Assembly (NCBI GenBank): GCA_951406725.2
Contig: OX597816.1
Location: 101,990,001-102,054,000, forward strand
DNA: 64,000 nt
Reading direction: 5' to 3'
From: Octopus vulgaris
Lineage: Eukaryota
The notes under the pieces are model-generated. The model saw nothing but the letters and a program-made list of their open reading frames with translations. It had not been told where the DNA came from and ran no database searches. A program made the position numbers and the translations under genes. This document shows positions 39,708 to 54,661 of this stretch, piece after piece. Numbering within the stretch: the first letter of the stretch is position 1; the number at the start of each line of letters is the position of its first letter.

Positions 39708-40355
39708 ATGATAGCTGCAGGCAGGGTTGTATGGTTAAGAAGCTTGCTTCCTAATGACGTAGACTTGAGGTTCAGTTAGTGTGCATGTTCAACAGTGTGT
39801 GTAAGCATTTTGAGAGAAAAGTTGGGCATAAGAGGCATCAGATGTGGTGAGCAAGAGAGACAACTGCACTGGTATGGTCATGTGATGCATATGGATGAGG
39901 ACAGCTGTGTAAAAGAGTGCCAATCTCTAACTGTGGAAGGAACTTGTGGTAGAGGTAGGCCCAGGAAGACATGGGATGAGGTGGAGAAGCATGATCTTTG
40001 GGCCTCATGGAGGCAAAGTGGCCGATATGCCAATGGCATGTGAAATGCTCCCTTTTGAGTGTTGGGCCACACAGAGGCAATGATCAAGACCTTTGGCATT
40101 ATGTCATGCTTGAAAAGAAGACTCATCAAGCCAAGTAAGATTGCAGTCATGACACACAAATAGCACCTGTGTTGGTGGCACATAAAAGCACCCATTACAC
40201 TCTCAGAGTGGTTGATGTTAGGAAGGGCATCCAGCTGTAGGAATCATGCTAAATCAGACTGGGGTCTGGTGCAGCCTTTCAGCTTGCCAGCCCTGGTCAA
40301 ACTGTCCAACCCTGCCAACATGGAAAATGGGTGCTAAATGATGATGATGATGATA
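39706..40355 (+). mobile_element. SINE-head/RTE chimera, copy 2, with complete 3' tail
   Basis: Near-identical to copy 1 at a 509-bp offset; continues to ORF end, GGAAGGGCATCCAG and (GAT)n. Confidence 0.85.
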
Positions 40356-41289
40356 TATCATGGAGTTTGGGGGAGAAATTCATTTATTCATTACTGAATT
40401 TCTTGAATGCCTATTTGTCAAACTTTGTGTAAGGGAACTACAATCTAGGATACATTATCATCATTACAATATTGATCATTGTGAGTCTATGTGAGGCTGC
40501 CACACTATACTCAATAAGCTCAAACCTGTTATCAGTATCGGAAACATGTTTGCATTTTCCAACTTCTCAATCTACTAAATATGTACTGCTTTTTGATTAA
40601 AGTCTCCTGCCTCCCTCAAGCTACTTATCTATCTCTGCCTCTTTGTCTTCCCTCTCTTTCTCTCTCCCTTCCCTCTCCTTCTCCCTCTCCCTCTCTCTTC
40701 CCCCACTTCACATTCAATATCTTGATCTTTCTCTGACACATAATTCAATTATGTTACAGAGACAAAAAAGAAAATCAAGAAACACAGGGAGAGAGGTGGG
40801 TATAAAGAAAGAAAAAACTTTCATTCTACAACTCTATATATGTGTTTGAGTGTGTGTGTGTGTGCAGATGTGAATGTGGGGGGGGGGGTGCATGTGTGCA
40901 TGAAAATGTGTGTGTATGGATGTGTGTTTGTATGTGTGTGTGTGTATGATTGTGTGTTTGCATGTATGTGATTTAAAACCTCAAATATTCAAAAAATTTC
41001 ATCTCATCTCTTCATCACTAAGCACCTGTCAGATAATTGTCATCATCACCATCATCATCAACATCATCATCATCATCACCATCATTATCACCATCATCAT
41101 CATCATCATCTTCATCATCATCATCGTGACCAGCACTAACAATAACAACAACATCAGCACCATTTCCAAATAATGTATGCATTATGGGGTCCCCCACCAA
41201 AAACTTCACTACTATCCCATCAATATTCTCCACAAGCCACTGATTGAGCCTCTTACATAGTAACTAGTCCTGTGAGAAATATTGTTTCA

Positions 41290-41509
41290 CCCTTTAGAAT
41301 TCAGATTCCTTTGAAAAATGTGATGCTTATTGATTCACATTGTTTTGAGTTAATCACACATTATCTTGTAGCTTCAAGATTTCAATGGTGTGTTTGTATA
41401 TTTTTAGAATGACATTGTAGGATAAGTGTGAGAGGTTGGATCTCGTCAGTTTTAACATAAAGTAGATAAAATTTTTGGGCCGCATATGGCCAGATTAAAT
41501 GCTAAAGGG
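41290..41509. mobile_element. piggyBac-like MITE
   Basis: CCCTTTAGAATT...AATGCTAAAGGG. Confidence 0.75.
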
Positions 41510-42089
41510 TGAAATCTTCCTCAAATCACTCCTTACAAACTGAATAATGGGGGAAAAAATGAAGTTCTCAAGCTTTTACTATCACAACCCATTTGTGCAA
41601 ACTCATAAGCCTCTATGGCTAGGATGATCGTATTTTTAAATACGTAACTGTATCAGGAAAGGTTTTCAGTTTGGACACTCAAAAACACGTGTGTGTGTGT
41701 GTGTGTTTGTGTGCATGCATATATATGTGCATGTGTATGTGTGCACATGTGTGTGTGCATGTGTGTATGAGTGTATGCATGCCTCTGTGTGTGTGTGTAT
41801 GTGTGAGAGAGAGAGAGAGACATACAGAGAAAGTATGTGCATAACAGAAAGCTCCACACCAAACTCCTTCTACAGAGACTGGTGAGAAAGAGAACCACTT
41901 TTGTGCCAATGCTATGTAAAAATACACCTAATATATACTGTGAAGTAGTTGGTAAATGGGTAGTACAAACGTAGGAGTGAGGTTTTTTTTAGTCCTGTCT
42001 TGCTAAGGACTATTTAACCTTTCTAGTGTTGATATCATGCGAAAATATGAGAAGTTGGTATAAAATGTTGAAGATGATGATGATGAATA

Positions 42090-42224
42090 TCTGTCTGTCT
42101 GTATGTATGTATGTATGTATGTATGTATGTATGTATGTATGTATGTATGTATGTATGTATGTATGTATGTATGTATGTATGTATGTATGTATGTATGTAT
42201 GTATATACATACATACATACATAT

Positions 42225-42277
<53 letters not shown>
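42090..42277. repeat. (TATG)n/(TA)n microsatellite
   Basis: Direct reading. Confidence 0.95.
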
Positions 42278-42280
<3 letters not shown>

Positions 42281-42424
42281 CTTATATCTGAAAAAGAAGC
42301 ACACTCCAAAATATTAGAGCAATAATATTTAGAAGGTTGTTTGTTATGCCTCTTTAAAATTTATGGTAGAGTCACTGCTGATTTGTTAAATCACAGCCTC
42401 TTCTTCTTCTTCTTCTTCTTCTTC

Positions 42425-42459
<35 letters not shown>

Positions 42460-42904
42460 CTGCAATTTCTTGCCAAACAACCTGCCCAAATGATTTGTTT
42501 ATAATGATCAGATGTTTGTGCTATGCATTTGCTCATTTCCTCCAACAAATCAACAATGCCTGTACTAGTGCACAGTGTGCCACATGTCAAATGTTGAAGT
42601 GATTGCAAAGCAACATGAAGTGAAGTGTTTTGCTCAAGAACATAACACATCAACCAAGCTAGGAATTGAAACCATGACCTTGCCATTATGAGTGCAAAAC
42701 TCTAACCACTAGGTTATGTGCCCACTGTAATCAGGACTAACCTGGAGTAAAATTACAGGAGCAGCATCGTCTCATTAACACCTGGGCTCACATGCCTACA
42801 CTGTATGAATGTTGTCACCTGTAATCCACTGAAAGACTAACCTTGTTTCACTTGTCTCCACCACACTCCATGTACACTGCACTATATTCCAGCCATGCCT
42901 ATTA

Positions 42905-43030
42905 TCAGCATCACCACCATGACCACCACCATGACAACCATAGACATTGCTATCCCCAACACCACTACCACCATCACCACAACCACCATCACCACCACCA
43001 CCACCACCACAACAACAACAACAACAACAG

Positions 43031-43075
<45 letters not shown>

Positions 43076-43645
43076 TTTCTACTACTACTACTACCACTAC
43101 AGCTGCAAACATTACTACTACCATCACAACAACCATTGATATCACCACCACCACTACTACCACGACCACCACATTCACTGCCATGACCACCACCACCACC
43201 ACCACCACTACTATCATCACTACCACAGCTATAAACAATCACTAACCTCACCACTACCACCACCACTACCAAGGCTACTAACAACAACCACTAGCATCAC
43301 TGCTAATACCACTACCAGCACAACAAACACCACTACCAGCACCACAAACACCACTACCAGCACCACAAACACCACTACCAGCACCACCAACACCATTACT
43401 ACCTCAAGAACTACCACCACTAATGCTGCCACAGCGCTAACACAACTAATACTACCACTAGGATCGCTATCACTGCTACTACTACTCCAACCACTAACAC
43501 TAACACCCCCCCCCATTACCATCATTGCCACTAGTACCACTGCAATCATCATCACAAATAACATCATCAGTACCACTACTGCAACTAACACATCTACCAT
43601 CACCACCACCACTACCACCGCTGCCATTGCTATTACCACCATTTC
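42905..43645. repeat. (ACC/ACT/ACA)n trinucleotide field including 21-bp ACCACTACCAGCACCACAAAC units
   Basis: Direct reading. Confidence 0.9.
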
Positions 43646-43829
43646 TATCAACAGCCCCCATTTCCACAGTTGGCATCTGTCTGGAATTCAGAGAATTCCA
43701 AAGACAATGAAATGCAGTGAATCACTACGGAAACTTCTGGAAAATGATGCTCTCTCTTCTAGAATGAATGATGCAAGCATCGTGTCCTGCTGCTGCTCTC
43801 CAGCATCGGATCTCTACTTGTAGAAAGAG

Positions 43830-44280
<451 letters not shown>

Positions 44281-44539
44281 AAAAAAGCAATAATGAGAAG
44301 GGAGTGTTCTATGTGAGTGACAAAGTGGATGAGTGTTAGAAGGCTGAAAAGCTATCAAAGAGGTCAATGACAGAAACTTAACAACAGGCAGTTACATATG
44401 CAAGCTTGCATATGCACAGACATTTTCATGCATACATTTGCCTAGTGATATGTACCTTACACCTAACTGGTTGAGTGGGACTTCTACATTAAATGCTACC
44501 AATCAACCTAATCCTTTGTCATTTCCTCCATAAGGTGTA

Positions 44540-45040
44540 ATGGCTTCAAATCTATCGTCACCATTTTGTTGCAAATCTTCCTCAATTTCCATTTTCCATA
44601 AATTTTCTTTACTTGGAGCACTCAGCACATCTTTATACAGATCCCCCTCCATATGCTTCACATGCCTTTCTTGCACGCTACATCTAATTCCTCTTATGCT
44701 CTATTTTTTCCCTCAGTTAATTTGTGTTCTCATTCATGCGTACTAACATAACACATCAAGCAGAGCATGTCCACCTAGTTTCTTTCTAGTCTGCTCAGAT
44801 CCCCAGCATTCAAGGCCTATGTCTCACAACTATGCAACGTTACACTTCATGCACAAGTTATCCAGCAATCTGCCCTTCACTCTGCGCAGCCTTTTGTTGC
44901 CAACAGAGTTAATAGCTCCCTAAACTTTTCCCAGCCAGTTCTTACTGTGTTTACTGAACTCTCAGAATACTCAACCACCACTACTAATTAAGGGTTTTAG
45001 GTAACAGGAGCATTCAACTACTTCAAGAGAGCCACCTTGG
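44540..45040 (-). mobile_element. Old RTE LINE fragment (post-RT region)
   Basis: SLEVVECSCYL; GWEKFRELLTLLATKG; RVKGRL; LHSCET*ALNAGDLSRLERN. Confidence 0.65.
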
Positions 45041-45075
45041 TATTAGATGGAGTTTATTTGATTGGCAAATGCTGC

Positions 45076-45128
<53 letters not shown>

Positions 45129-45316
45129 TATATTACTTAGACACAGGGACAACAATAATCTAGTATTAGAACACAATATATATATCCTTCAGAAAAAGCA
45201 TGAGTTAAGTACAGAACTTTTCCCTTATCATTTATGTTATCTCTTATATATAGCTTCATACATACATACATACCTACATTCATACATACATACATACATA
45301 CATACATACATACATA

Positions 45317-45380
<64 letters not shown>

Positions 45381-45383
<3 letters not shown>

Positions 45384-45440
45384 GGGCCGACCAATGCCTT
45401 GTGAGTGGATTTGGTAGACAGAAACTGAAAGAAGCCTGTC

Positions 45441-45522
<82 letters not shown>

Positions 45523-45735
45523 TTGTGTGTCTGTGTTTGTTCCCCTAGCATTGCTTGACAACCGATGCTGGTGTGTTTACGTCCCCGTCACTTAGCAGTT
45601 CAGCAAAAGAGACCGATAGAATAAGTACTGGGCTTACAAAAGAATAAGTCCCGGGGTCGATTTGTTCGACTAAAGGCAGTGCTCCAGCATGGCTGCAGTC
45701 AAATGACTGAAACAAGTAAAAGATAAAAGATAAAA
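45381..45735 (+). mobile_element. Headless family A SINE with expanded internal (TA)n
   Basis: Near identity to 4293-4600. Confidence 0.85.
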
Positions 45736-47121
45736 ATGTATAAAATATAACTCCAAGAAAGTTATATATAACTCCAAGAAACTAAGGGATGATATCTATC
45801 CAATATACTGCTTGTAGAATACCCAAATATTAATACACAAGTGTTTTTTATTGCATTGCAATTACATTACCTAGTGTACTAAATGGGTGAAGGTAAAGAG
45901 ATAGTTTACCATTAATTTATATAGCAATAAGAAAATGGAGGAGAACAATAGGAGACACACGCACACACACATGGTGTTGTTGATTATGGAAATCAATTCA
46001 TTAATGAATATAACCATTACTTGCTAATACTCTACGAAGTGAAGATGACTTTGTATCCCAACTGTTGAATTACAGTGTTTGTCATAAATGTCTTATCTTA
46101 ATTAAATACAAAACAGAATTATTGTGACATTGAGCATAAAGCATACAAATTTTCAGAGCATCAATCAAAACTATTTGTTTCATGAGTAGCAAACAATATG
46201 ACCTATTATAGGCTTGCTTTAGTAGATGCCTGTTTTGAATGGCTAACAAAAGCAGCCTTAGAAAGACAAACTCAGTTACAAGGGGAGCATTTGAAGGGGT
46301 GAACATTAAGAATATCTATGAAGCTTCCTTTCCTTGTATCTCATTTCAGTTTTGCAGGTTTAATGTGATTATATTCAAAATGCTTAGATGCTTAAGTATT
46401 TTTTTTTTCCACAATACTTCATTAATTGCATTTCCCCCAAACTTTCCACATGAATAGTATAATTTTTCAGATTTGATTTATAACAGCTTTTGTATCTTAA
46501 CTACTGTTTATGAGGTGATCTTCTCCCAGAATATAGTCCTCCAGTTCTTCATGGAGTGGATGATTTGGAAGTTTTTCATCATCCACATGGACAGTATAGC
46601 CAGTCCACCCCAGTCTGCTACATTACAAGAGAGCGTCTATGTGTATATTTCCTTTCTTGGGAGTGCGTTGTGTTCTTGAGCAAAACACTTCACCTCACAT
46701 TGCTCTGTGATCACTTAAACACCTGATGCATAGTACACTGTGCACTTGTTCAAGCAACATTGATTTGAAGGAGAAAGTGAGCTAATGCACAGCCCAGCAC
46801 ATGCATCTGGTCACTATAAACAAATCATCAGTGCAGGTCGTTCAGCAGAAGCTGACCACTCATATGTTGTCTTCAACAGGAGAGTCCATCATTATTATTA
46901 TTTTGTTTTGCCTTTGCATTATTTTTTACAGACTGCCCCTAAGATTCAGCAGAGACATCAAGGCACAATAAGATTTTGCATCTAAAAATGCTAACAGGTG
47001 AGGTAAAAAACACTGATATGTAAAATTTTTTTTAATAATTCTATAAAATTTATTATATTTAATGAGCAAGATTACATTTACACAGAGAGGATTTCACTTT
47101 AAATATATTGCATATAAAATA

Positions 47122-47136
47122 TGTTGCTGTTGCTGC

Positions 47137-47194
<58 letters not shown>

Positions 47195-47368
47195 GGTGGT
47201 GGTGGTGGTGGTGATGGTGATGGTGGTGGTGGTGTTGGTGGTGGCGGCGGTAGTGGTGGCGGCTGTGGTGGTGGTGTTACAGTTGCTGCTGCTGCTGTTG
47301 TTACTGAAGCTGCCGTTGTTGTTGTTGTTGTTGTTGTTGTTGCTTTTGTTCTTGTTCTTGTTGTTGAG
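47122..47368. repeat. (GTT)/(GGT)/(GCT)n microsatellite
   Basis: Direct reading. Confidence 0.95.
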
Positions 47369-48683
47369 CCTGATTATATTGGAGCTACCAACAATTGAAT
47401 CTGTTCCAGATGTGCAAACAATGACAGAACTATCTGGCATACACTTGTTTACTGACACTTTCCTCTCCAGTCATACCCTCATTGACATTTTCAAGTTTCA
47501 GTTAAAAAAAAAAAGAGAAGGTGAGGATGAAGAGAGATGAGCTTTCCTCCAGCGAATGTGTCAGAAGATGGGTGACTGTTGCATAAATAGATGGCATTCC
47601 TCATATCATACACATATAGGTTGGAAGCAATTGTTGTTCTCCAATAAGAGCACTTGCTCTTGGTGCTCAAAGATTTCTCAAGGTTTCCTGATTAGCTCTA
47701 GTTGGAGGTCTTCATGTCTTCACAGACCTGTGTCCTCTGTGAATTCCCTTATTTATGAAGTGTTTACTTTTTATGTCATTTCTTTTTATCTTCCCTTGTC
47801 ATCCAATCTAATGTTAACTCCCGCACTATATGTAATGTACTTTTCGTCCGACACCCCTCTGGCAAATAGCAGAAATTATTATCATCATCATCATCACCAT
47901 CACCAGCAGCAGCTGCAATGGCAGCAGTGACAGCAGTAGTAGTGAGAATAGCAACATTACAGATAAGGATGTGGAAGCTGTAGGAAAGTATTAGCAACCG
48001 GAAGTACCGGAAGACGATGTGGGGGGGAAGCAACAACATCCCCTACCTTGTTACATACATACACACACCAAGCGCATGCACACACACACTCACACACCTC
48101 TTTACCCAGCTACTAACTTTGGTAGGGTGTGGGATGAGCTTTTGTTCACCTAGTTAGGCCTCCTGTCTCTCAAAACACATGCATACACAAACATACACAC
48201 ACAAACATACACACACACACATATATATGTATATGTAAGTATATGTGTGTGTGTATGTATGTATACACATAACACTCATTCATACACATGTACACATATA
48301 CACACATCCATATGCATATTACACATGACTACACTTATGAAAATACACACACATGTGCTGTATATACTCACAGGTTGCACACACTCATACACACACATAA
48401 ATTTATACTTATGACCATAATATATTACACCAGTCTTTTTTCTTTCTTCTATCTCTCTTTTCCCTCTCTTTCTCTCTCTATGTGTCTATCTTTCTATCCA
48501 TCTACCTGTATTTTATATGTATGTAGGTAGCTGTTAATTTATCCAAATGAGTACTCTCTCTCTTTCTCAATCTCTGTCTTACTCTACTTGTCCATCTATC
48601 TATTTGATGCACACACACACACACACACACATATGTATATATCATCATCATCATCAACAACAACATATATATATATATATCTA

Positions 48684-48900
48684 CACAGGTGATCTCAAAA
48701 GGTTCCTGGACTAGTTATGTTTAGTAAAAAAAATAACTTATTTACATAAGTGATACCATATTGTTTTTGGTGAGAAACTCATGAGTGAGGAGAGCCTGTG
48801 AAGAATTCATTTCTTCACGCTTCACATATCTGGTCACTTTTGTTGAATGGACCCCCTCGAATGCTTCAAAACATCACAGTAGAACTCTCAATTGATGGTC
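48684..48900 (-). mobile_element. Mariner fragment (catalytic-region remnant plus TIR)
   Basis: EFYCDVLKHSRGSIQQK*PDM...ILH...LTHEFLTKNNMV; terminal TA-CACAGGTGATCTCAAAAGGTTCCTGG. Confidence 0.6.
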
Positions 48901-49434
48901 TTAAATCATTTTCAGTTCCTTTTTTGATCATTTCAAGTGCTCCTGCAATCACAGGTATTGTAACTATCTTGAGATGAACATCATTTCAATATCGATTAGC
49001 AGATCTTTATATTTTCTGAGCTTATCAAATTCTTTTGCTGAGACATTATGGTCACAGAGTATGCGCATGCCAGTCAATAAACAGACTTTATTGCTTTTGT
49101 CTTTCACAACAATATCTGATTTATTTGCCTTGATGGTCTGATCTGTACATACTTGGAAGTCCCAAAGAATAGTTACATTTTCTCCTCAGTTACAGCCTCA
49201 GAGTGGTGTTTGTACCATTTATCAGCAGTTTTGATTTTATAATGCCAACACATTATCCAATGTAGATATTGGCCAACTCTGTCATGTCTTGATTTGTACT
49301 CTACAGGCGCTAAAACCTTACATCCAACAATTAAGTGGTCAGCTGTTTCTATCCCATCGTTGCAGTATCAGCACTTGGAGTCTATACCATTTTTCTGGCT
49401 TGATATTTCTGAATCAATAAACTCCGACCTTGGG

Positions 49435-49435
<1 letters not shown>
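48901..49435 (-). mobile_element. R4/Dong-clade non-LTR retrotransposon fragment (CCHC knuckle plus restriction-like endonuclease)
   Basis: KC*YCNDGIETADHLIVGC..YKSRHDRVGQYLHW; TILWDFQVCTDQTIKANKSDIVV; KEFDKLRKYKDL; IPVIAGAL. Confidence 0.85.
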
Positions 49436-49491
<56 letters not shown>

Positions 49492-49511
49492 CATTATTAT
49501 TATTATTATTA

Positions 49512-49552
<41 letters not shown>
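49436..49552. repeat. (TAT)n then (TA)n microsatellite
   Basis: Direct reading. Confidence 0.95.
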
Positions 49553-49556
<4 letters not shown>

Positions 49557-50201
49557 ACCAGCCTATGATAACTACTCCCACAGAAAGAATTAGTCTTAGT
49601 AAATTACTGTAAGACAGTACCTCAGAGGATGTCTCAGGAAGCTTTTGAGGTTGGCTAATGAATTAAAGAAGGATTAATTGGCTTGTAGTGGTCAGATTAA
49701 TTCTGCAGGCATAGTTACCATAAACGTGAGGCTAAACAATAACAACAACCAGTTGGTGAGTCCTCCTATTTACAAACATGTGGCTGTTAATCCACCATCC
49801 CATAATAGTTAGTAACAGTTATGGAAAATGTTGTGAAGTAGAATATGAGTATACCACCAACATAGCTACTACTTATCAGCTGTAAAAACAAGTAAAAGAG
49901 TACAAGAATATAGAATTCATAACTGATACTTATTTGGGAATCTCACACCAACAATGTTATCAAGAAAGAAACTGAAAATATTTCTTTACCCAGATTCAGA
50001 ATATTCTTTCCTATCAACACTGAGATAATGTAATCTTGATAATATCTTATTCAACTGAACACAATTGTAACATTACAATTAAGATTGGCATATAAAGTTG
50101 TGACTGTGAACTACAAAGGCCATCATCGTCATTATTGTTATTATCATCATATCATTATCGTTATCATCATCATCATTAGCATCAGCATTAGTAGTTGCAT
50201 G

Positions 50202-50436
50202 CAGACATATACAAAAGTAGGTTTACAGTTATCATGTAGGCACTTTAAATTTCTTTTAAAACATTCTATTACATTTAAGTTTCTATCTTACAAACAGAAA
50301 AGGGAGCTTGATAAAATTAGCTAAATTAGCATAGAATAATGGTTTCCTATTTTCTTATAATTATGATCTAAGCTGTTCATATATGAATGTGAAAGAGATA
50401 GTTAAATAACTGTAAACCTACTTTTGGGCCACCCTG
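50202..50436. mobile_element. Tc1/mariner-type MITE
   Basis: Perfect 20-bp inverted repeat CAAAAGTAGGTTTACAGTTA (50212-50231 / 50407-50426); right end GGCCACCCTG-TA. Confidence 0.7.
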
Positions 50437-50787
50437 TATACATTACAGCAAAAGCAAAATATAATTACAGTAATTATAATTGTGTCTTTTTCACAAGGGT
50501 GATGCATTTGTGAATAGCATAATGGTAAATTAAAAAATGGCAAGGTTTTGCTGTATTGAGTACGGGAAATCAGGCATAAAAATAAGATTTAGGAATGAAA
50601 TGTTCCAATAGAGTAATAGTCACCTTGAATGAAACATGGAACCTAACTGATCTTGGATTACCCTTACTGTCAAAAACTAGTACCCCATTTCAGCTATTCT
50701 CCAGCCTAAAGGAACGCACTGATAGTAAGTCCATTCATTGGGCCTTGCTTCCCAATCTCACATTTCAACAAATTTATTGGTAGGCAG

Positions 50788-50845
<58 letters not shown>

Positions 50846-51592
50846 TCTCCCCTCTCTATTTTCACCTTCACCTTCCTCTCCATATGAAACTCGAAGAAGT
50901 TCAAGAGGGGCTTGACTGAAGAAGAAAGACTCTATCCTTAGGTCATCCATTCTTCTCCATTATACAAATTCTTTTTCTACAGCTTTTATGCATTTTAACC
51001 AATGGGACAAAATGGAAATAATGAAGGATAAAAAATATAAACAAGATATTTCAAATCAGAGATATCAACTGTCTGAACCAACTTGATTAAGGATTTCTTA
51101 CACAGGCATCAGATTGTACAGTCAATTAAATTGACTTCAGTACTTAAGAAGGACTGGTTATAGTTTGAGTCTAGAAATGAAAAGAAAAGTCAAACTTGGT
51201 GGTATTTGAACTCAGAACTTTTGCACTTATCATCTAATCTCAAAAGCTACCTGAGACATATCATTTCTTGTTATACCATTTGATAAAGGAAAACTACCAA
51301 CTCTTTCCTTCTAAAAACCACAACAAGATGATACTTATAAGGGACTTAGACATGAGTAGAATAAACATAAGAAAAGGTTTCAAAGAATAATAAATAAAAT
51401 ACCAGTAAAGTACTAGGGTCAATTCAGTTGACTTGTTGATGGGTGGGGGTAAGTAGGGTAGGATGAGATAGAATGGTGTAGGAACCTTATTGTGGCTTTC
51501 TTCTGGAGTGATGAAATGCAATAACCAAACTTAACAGAATTTGAAGTAAGAATAATGAGGCCTTAGACTTGATACAAGAAGCTACCAAGTTC

Positions 51593-51650
<58 letters not shown>

Positions 51651-54196
51651 CTGAGACAACTCTTTTACCCAGTAATAATCTGAAATACTCTACCAAATTA
51701 CATCACAGCAGAATGCTCTTGAATTGATTATATTTGTTATGAAAAATCAATAAAATGGTTGAACATTATAGTCTCCTCTTCTGTTATTAGTCATACTAAA
51801 ATATTCAGTAGGACTTATTCTTCCTGGAGAACAATAACTTTTTTTCTCTCCTAATTCTATAACAACAACATACAGAATTCTAAACCAAAGAATGTTGAAT
51901 GAGAAGTGGTAAACACCATTGTTTTGAGTGCTTAATCATATAAGAGGAATAAAAAGAGTCTCCTTATATCAATGTAAAATTTTGTGGCCCTTCAACAAAA
52001 ATGGTGGATGGCAGAATTGATGGGGCTCTGGACAAAATGCATTGTACTATTCAGTTGTATCTTTTATGTTTTGAGTTAAAATCCTGTCATGGTCAACTTT
52101 GTCTTTCATCCTTTCAAGGTCAGGAAAGTAAATTACGGTCAAGAATGGTGGGGGCAAATAAAGAGACAACATTCTTTGCCCCAAATATGAAGCTTCATGC
52201 CAAAGATATGTCTCATAAAGTATACAATTCCCACCCTTAAAAATATACATCTTTCAAGGTTCTAGTTTGTGAATGTATGGCCAATGCTGGTTTCTGGTTG
52301 TGTATATAAAGATGTGAAATACACACACACACATGCATCCCAGATAAATACTTACAACATCCTAATTATGCTAGGCTTAAATTCTATGATTGGTTATCAT
52401 AGGAATCCTTATTTGTTTCATTTGTAGACACCAGCACAAACACTGCCATTATAAACATCACCCTCACCACTGCTACTAATACCATCAATACCATTAATAA
52501 CATCACCACCATAACCACAACCACTGCCTCCAATACAAACACCGTTATTAATAACATCATTACTACAATCTAACACCATCACCACCACAACCAACATTAC
52601 AACCATCACCAACATCACTACTACCACCTTTGTGACCAACAATACCAATATCAATGACATTACCAATATCAAAAGACAGTAAGACAGTTTCTATGCAGTG
52701 CTTGATCTACTGGAAATTGCAACAAAATTTCCCACAATCCACACACTACTATCTTTAAAATAGGACATATTAAATACTGTTGTCTTAGATACACAATTTC
52801 TGAGAAAAAAAGATGGGATAGTCAAGGCTGGAATGACTTTGATCAAAGGTCTGTTCAGTCAAGATTCATCTAGGGTTAAATAGTAACATCATCATCCAGC
52901 AAGACCATTGCCACTACTATTGCAGTTACCTTGACAGCAGTAGTAGCAGTGGTAGTGTTACTGGCAGTAGGGGTTACTCAATAACAACAACAACATCAAC
53001 CTTTTCTGAATCATTTCACACAATGCGACTGCTGTTCAATGCAAAGCTGCAGTTGTGTGTATTTAATTCTTCTTTTCTCTCCATATGGTTAGTTTTCTCA
53101 TCAAACATAAGTTTGCCAACAAAAAGCTTTTCTCCCTTTGAAAAATGTACACTGTATGAATCACATGCCAACCTGTTATGGTCCTTACATTGCTGTGGTA
53201 CAGCATTGGTTTCTGAGTGGAAACAGGGAGTTTATAGCAGAAACAACCATTGGCCATCTGTGGGGATGGGTGCAGAGGTGAGATTGCCAAGTACATTAGC
53301 TATTAGACTACCTATTCATAGTTCATGAGTTCAAATCCACTATTGGAGTTTCATTGTGTTTCTCAATAGAACATTTTATTCTACATATATAAATTTATCT
53401 AGGAATAGACAAGCACCCTATCCAGGAAAGATTTGGCTCTCATCCATTCAATATCATGAGTCTAGAGAAAAGGGTAGCAGTAGTAGTGGTTATATTTTCT
53501 TTTTAACCCCAGGTCAGCTCTGACTGAGTAGATCTATGAGGAGATACATTTCAAATATAACCATTCCATCCTTCTCTTGGGCATTAAGTATCTGGGACTA
53601 CATTAGCCAATATCCTCTTATATTTTAAAGACATAAGGGTATCATTTTAAAGAAATCTAGCTGCTTTTTCCCACAGATCGTCAAGCAACCATATAAAAGC
53701 TCCAGCTGTTGTTATTGTTTAAACTCAATAAACCCTGACTGAGCAGGCATATGTTAAAAGGCATTCCAATTGTGACCAGCTCGTTTTTTGGCCTACAAGT
53801 AAGAAACCCAAGATTATATTATACAGTGTGTCCTTTTCTAAGATGGTGGATTTGATTTAAAGAATACTTAACATTTATTTTTAGATGATTAAGTGACCCA
53901 TATAATGGCTCCAATGAAGAATGGGTATGGTCAAGTTGTTAAGAACTTCACTATGCAATCAGAAAGTACCAGGTTTGATGTCACGTATGACATCTTAACA
54001 ATATATATATATATATATATATATAGATTCAGATGAATAGAGTACTTAAATTGAGGCACCAGAATTTAGTACAGTATTATCCATACAATTTCAAAGGTGA
54101 TTAAAAAATATATATAATATATATTAAAATATATTTTTTTTAAATATATATTTATATATATATTTGTATATTTTTATTAATATTTAGCAGAAGCAA

Positions 54197-54246
54197 GAGA
54201 GTGATTCAAGGTTCAAGAGTTTCGTGTGTTGGCACTTATCAACACA
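54197..54246 (-). ncRNA. Degenerate hammerhead-like motif (probable Penelope terminal repeat)
   Basis: TTGATAA-GTG.CCAACA.CAC-GAAAC on the minus strand, in a TA-flanked insert. Confidence 0.35.
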
Positions 54247-54661
54247 CACACATACATATATATCTGCATGTGTGTGTTAGCATCACCTTGTCATGATTGT
54301 TGTAAACAAGCATCACCATCATACAAGTGATGTCCTTCATATCCAGTCTTATGTGAAAATATGCCATTGTTTCTAACCAAGTGGAAATATCAATTTACTT
54401 AGATAAAAGTGAGTGTTGGCAACAGGAAGGTCATCCAGCAATAGAAAATGTGCCTTACTGAATTTCATCTGACCCATGCAAGCTTGGAAAGTCAGATGTT
54501 AAAGTGATGATGATTACATCACAGTTTGGCCAAAGCCATTTAAGTTAAACTGGACAAAAGGAAACAGTATGGAAACGTAATTGATGGTGTGTTTATATAA
54601 TCCCAAATACCGGCTAAGTCATACATTGACCCATGCTGATTCTGGCTGAGGACTATGTTAA

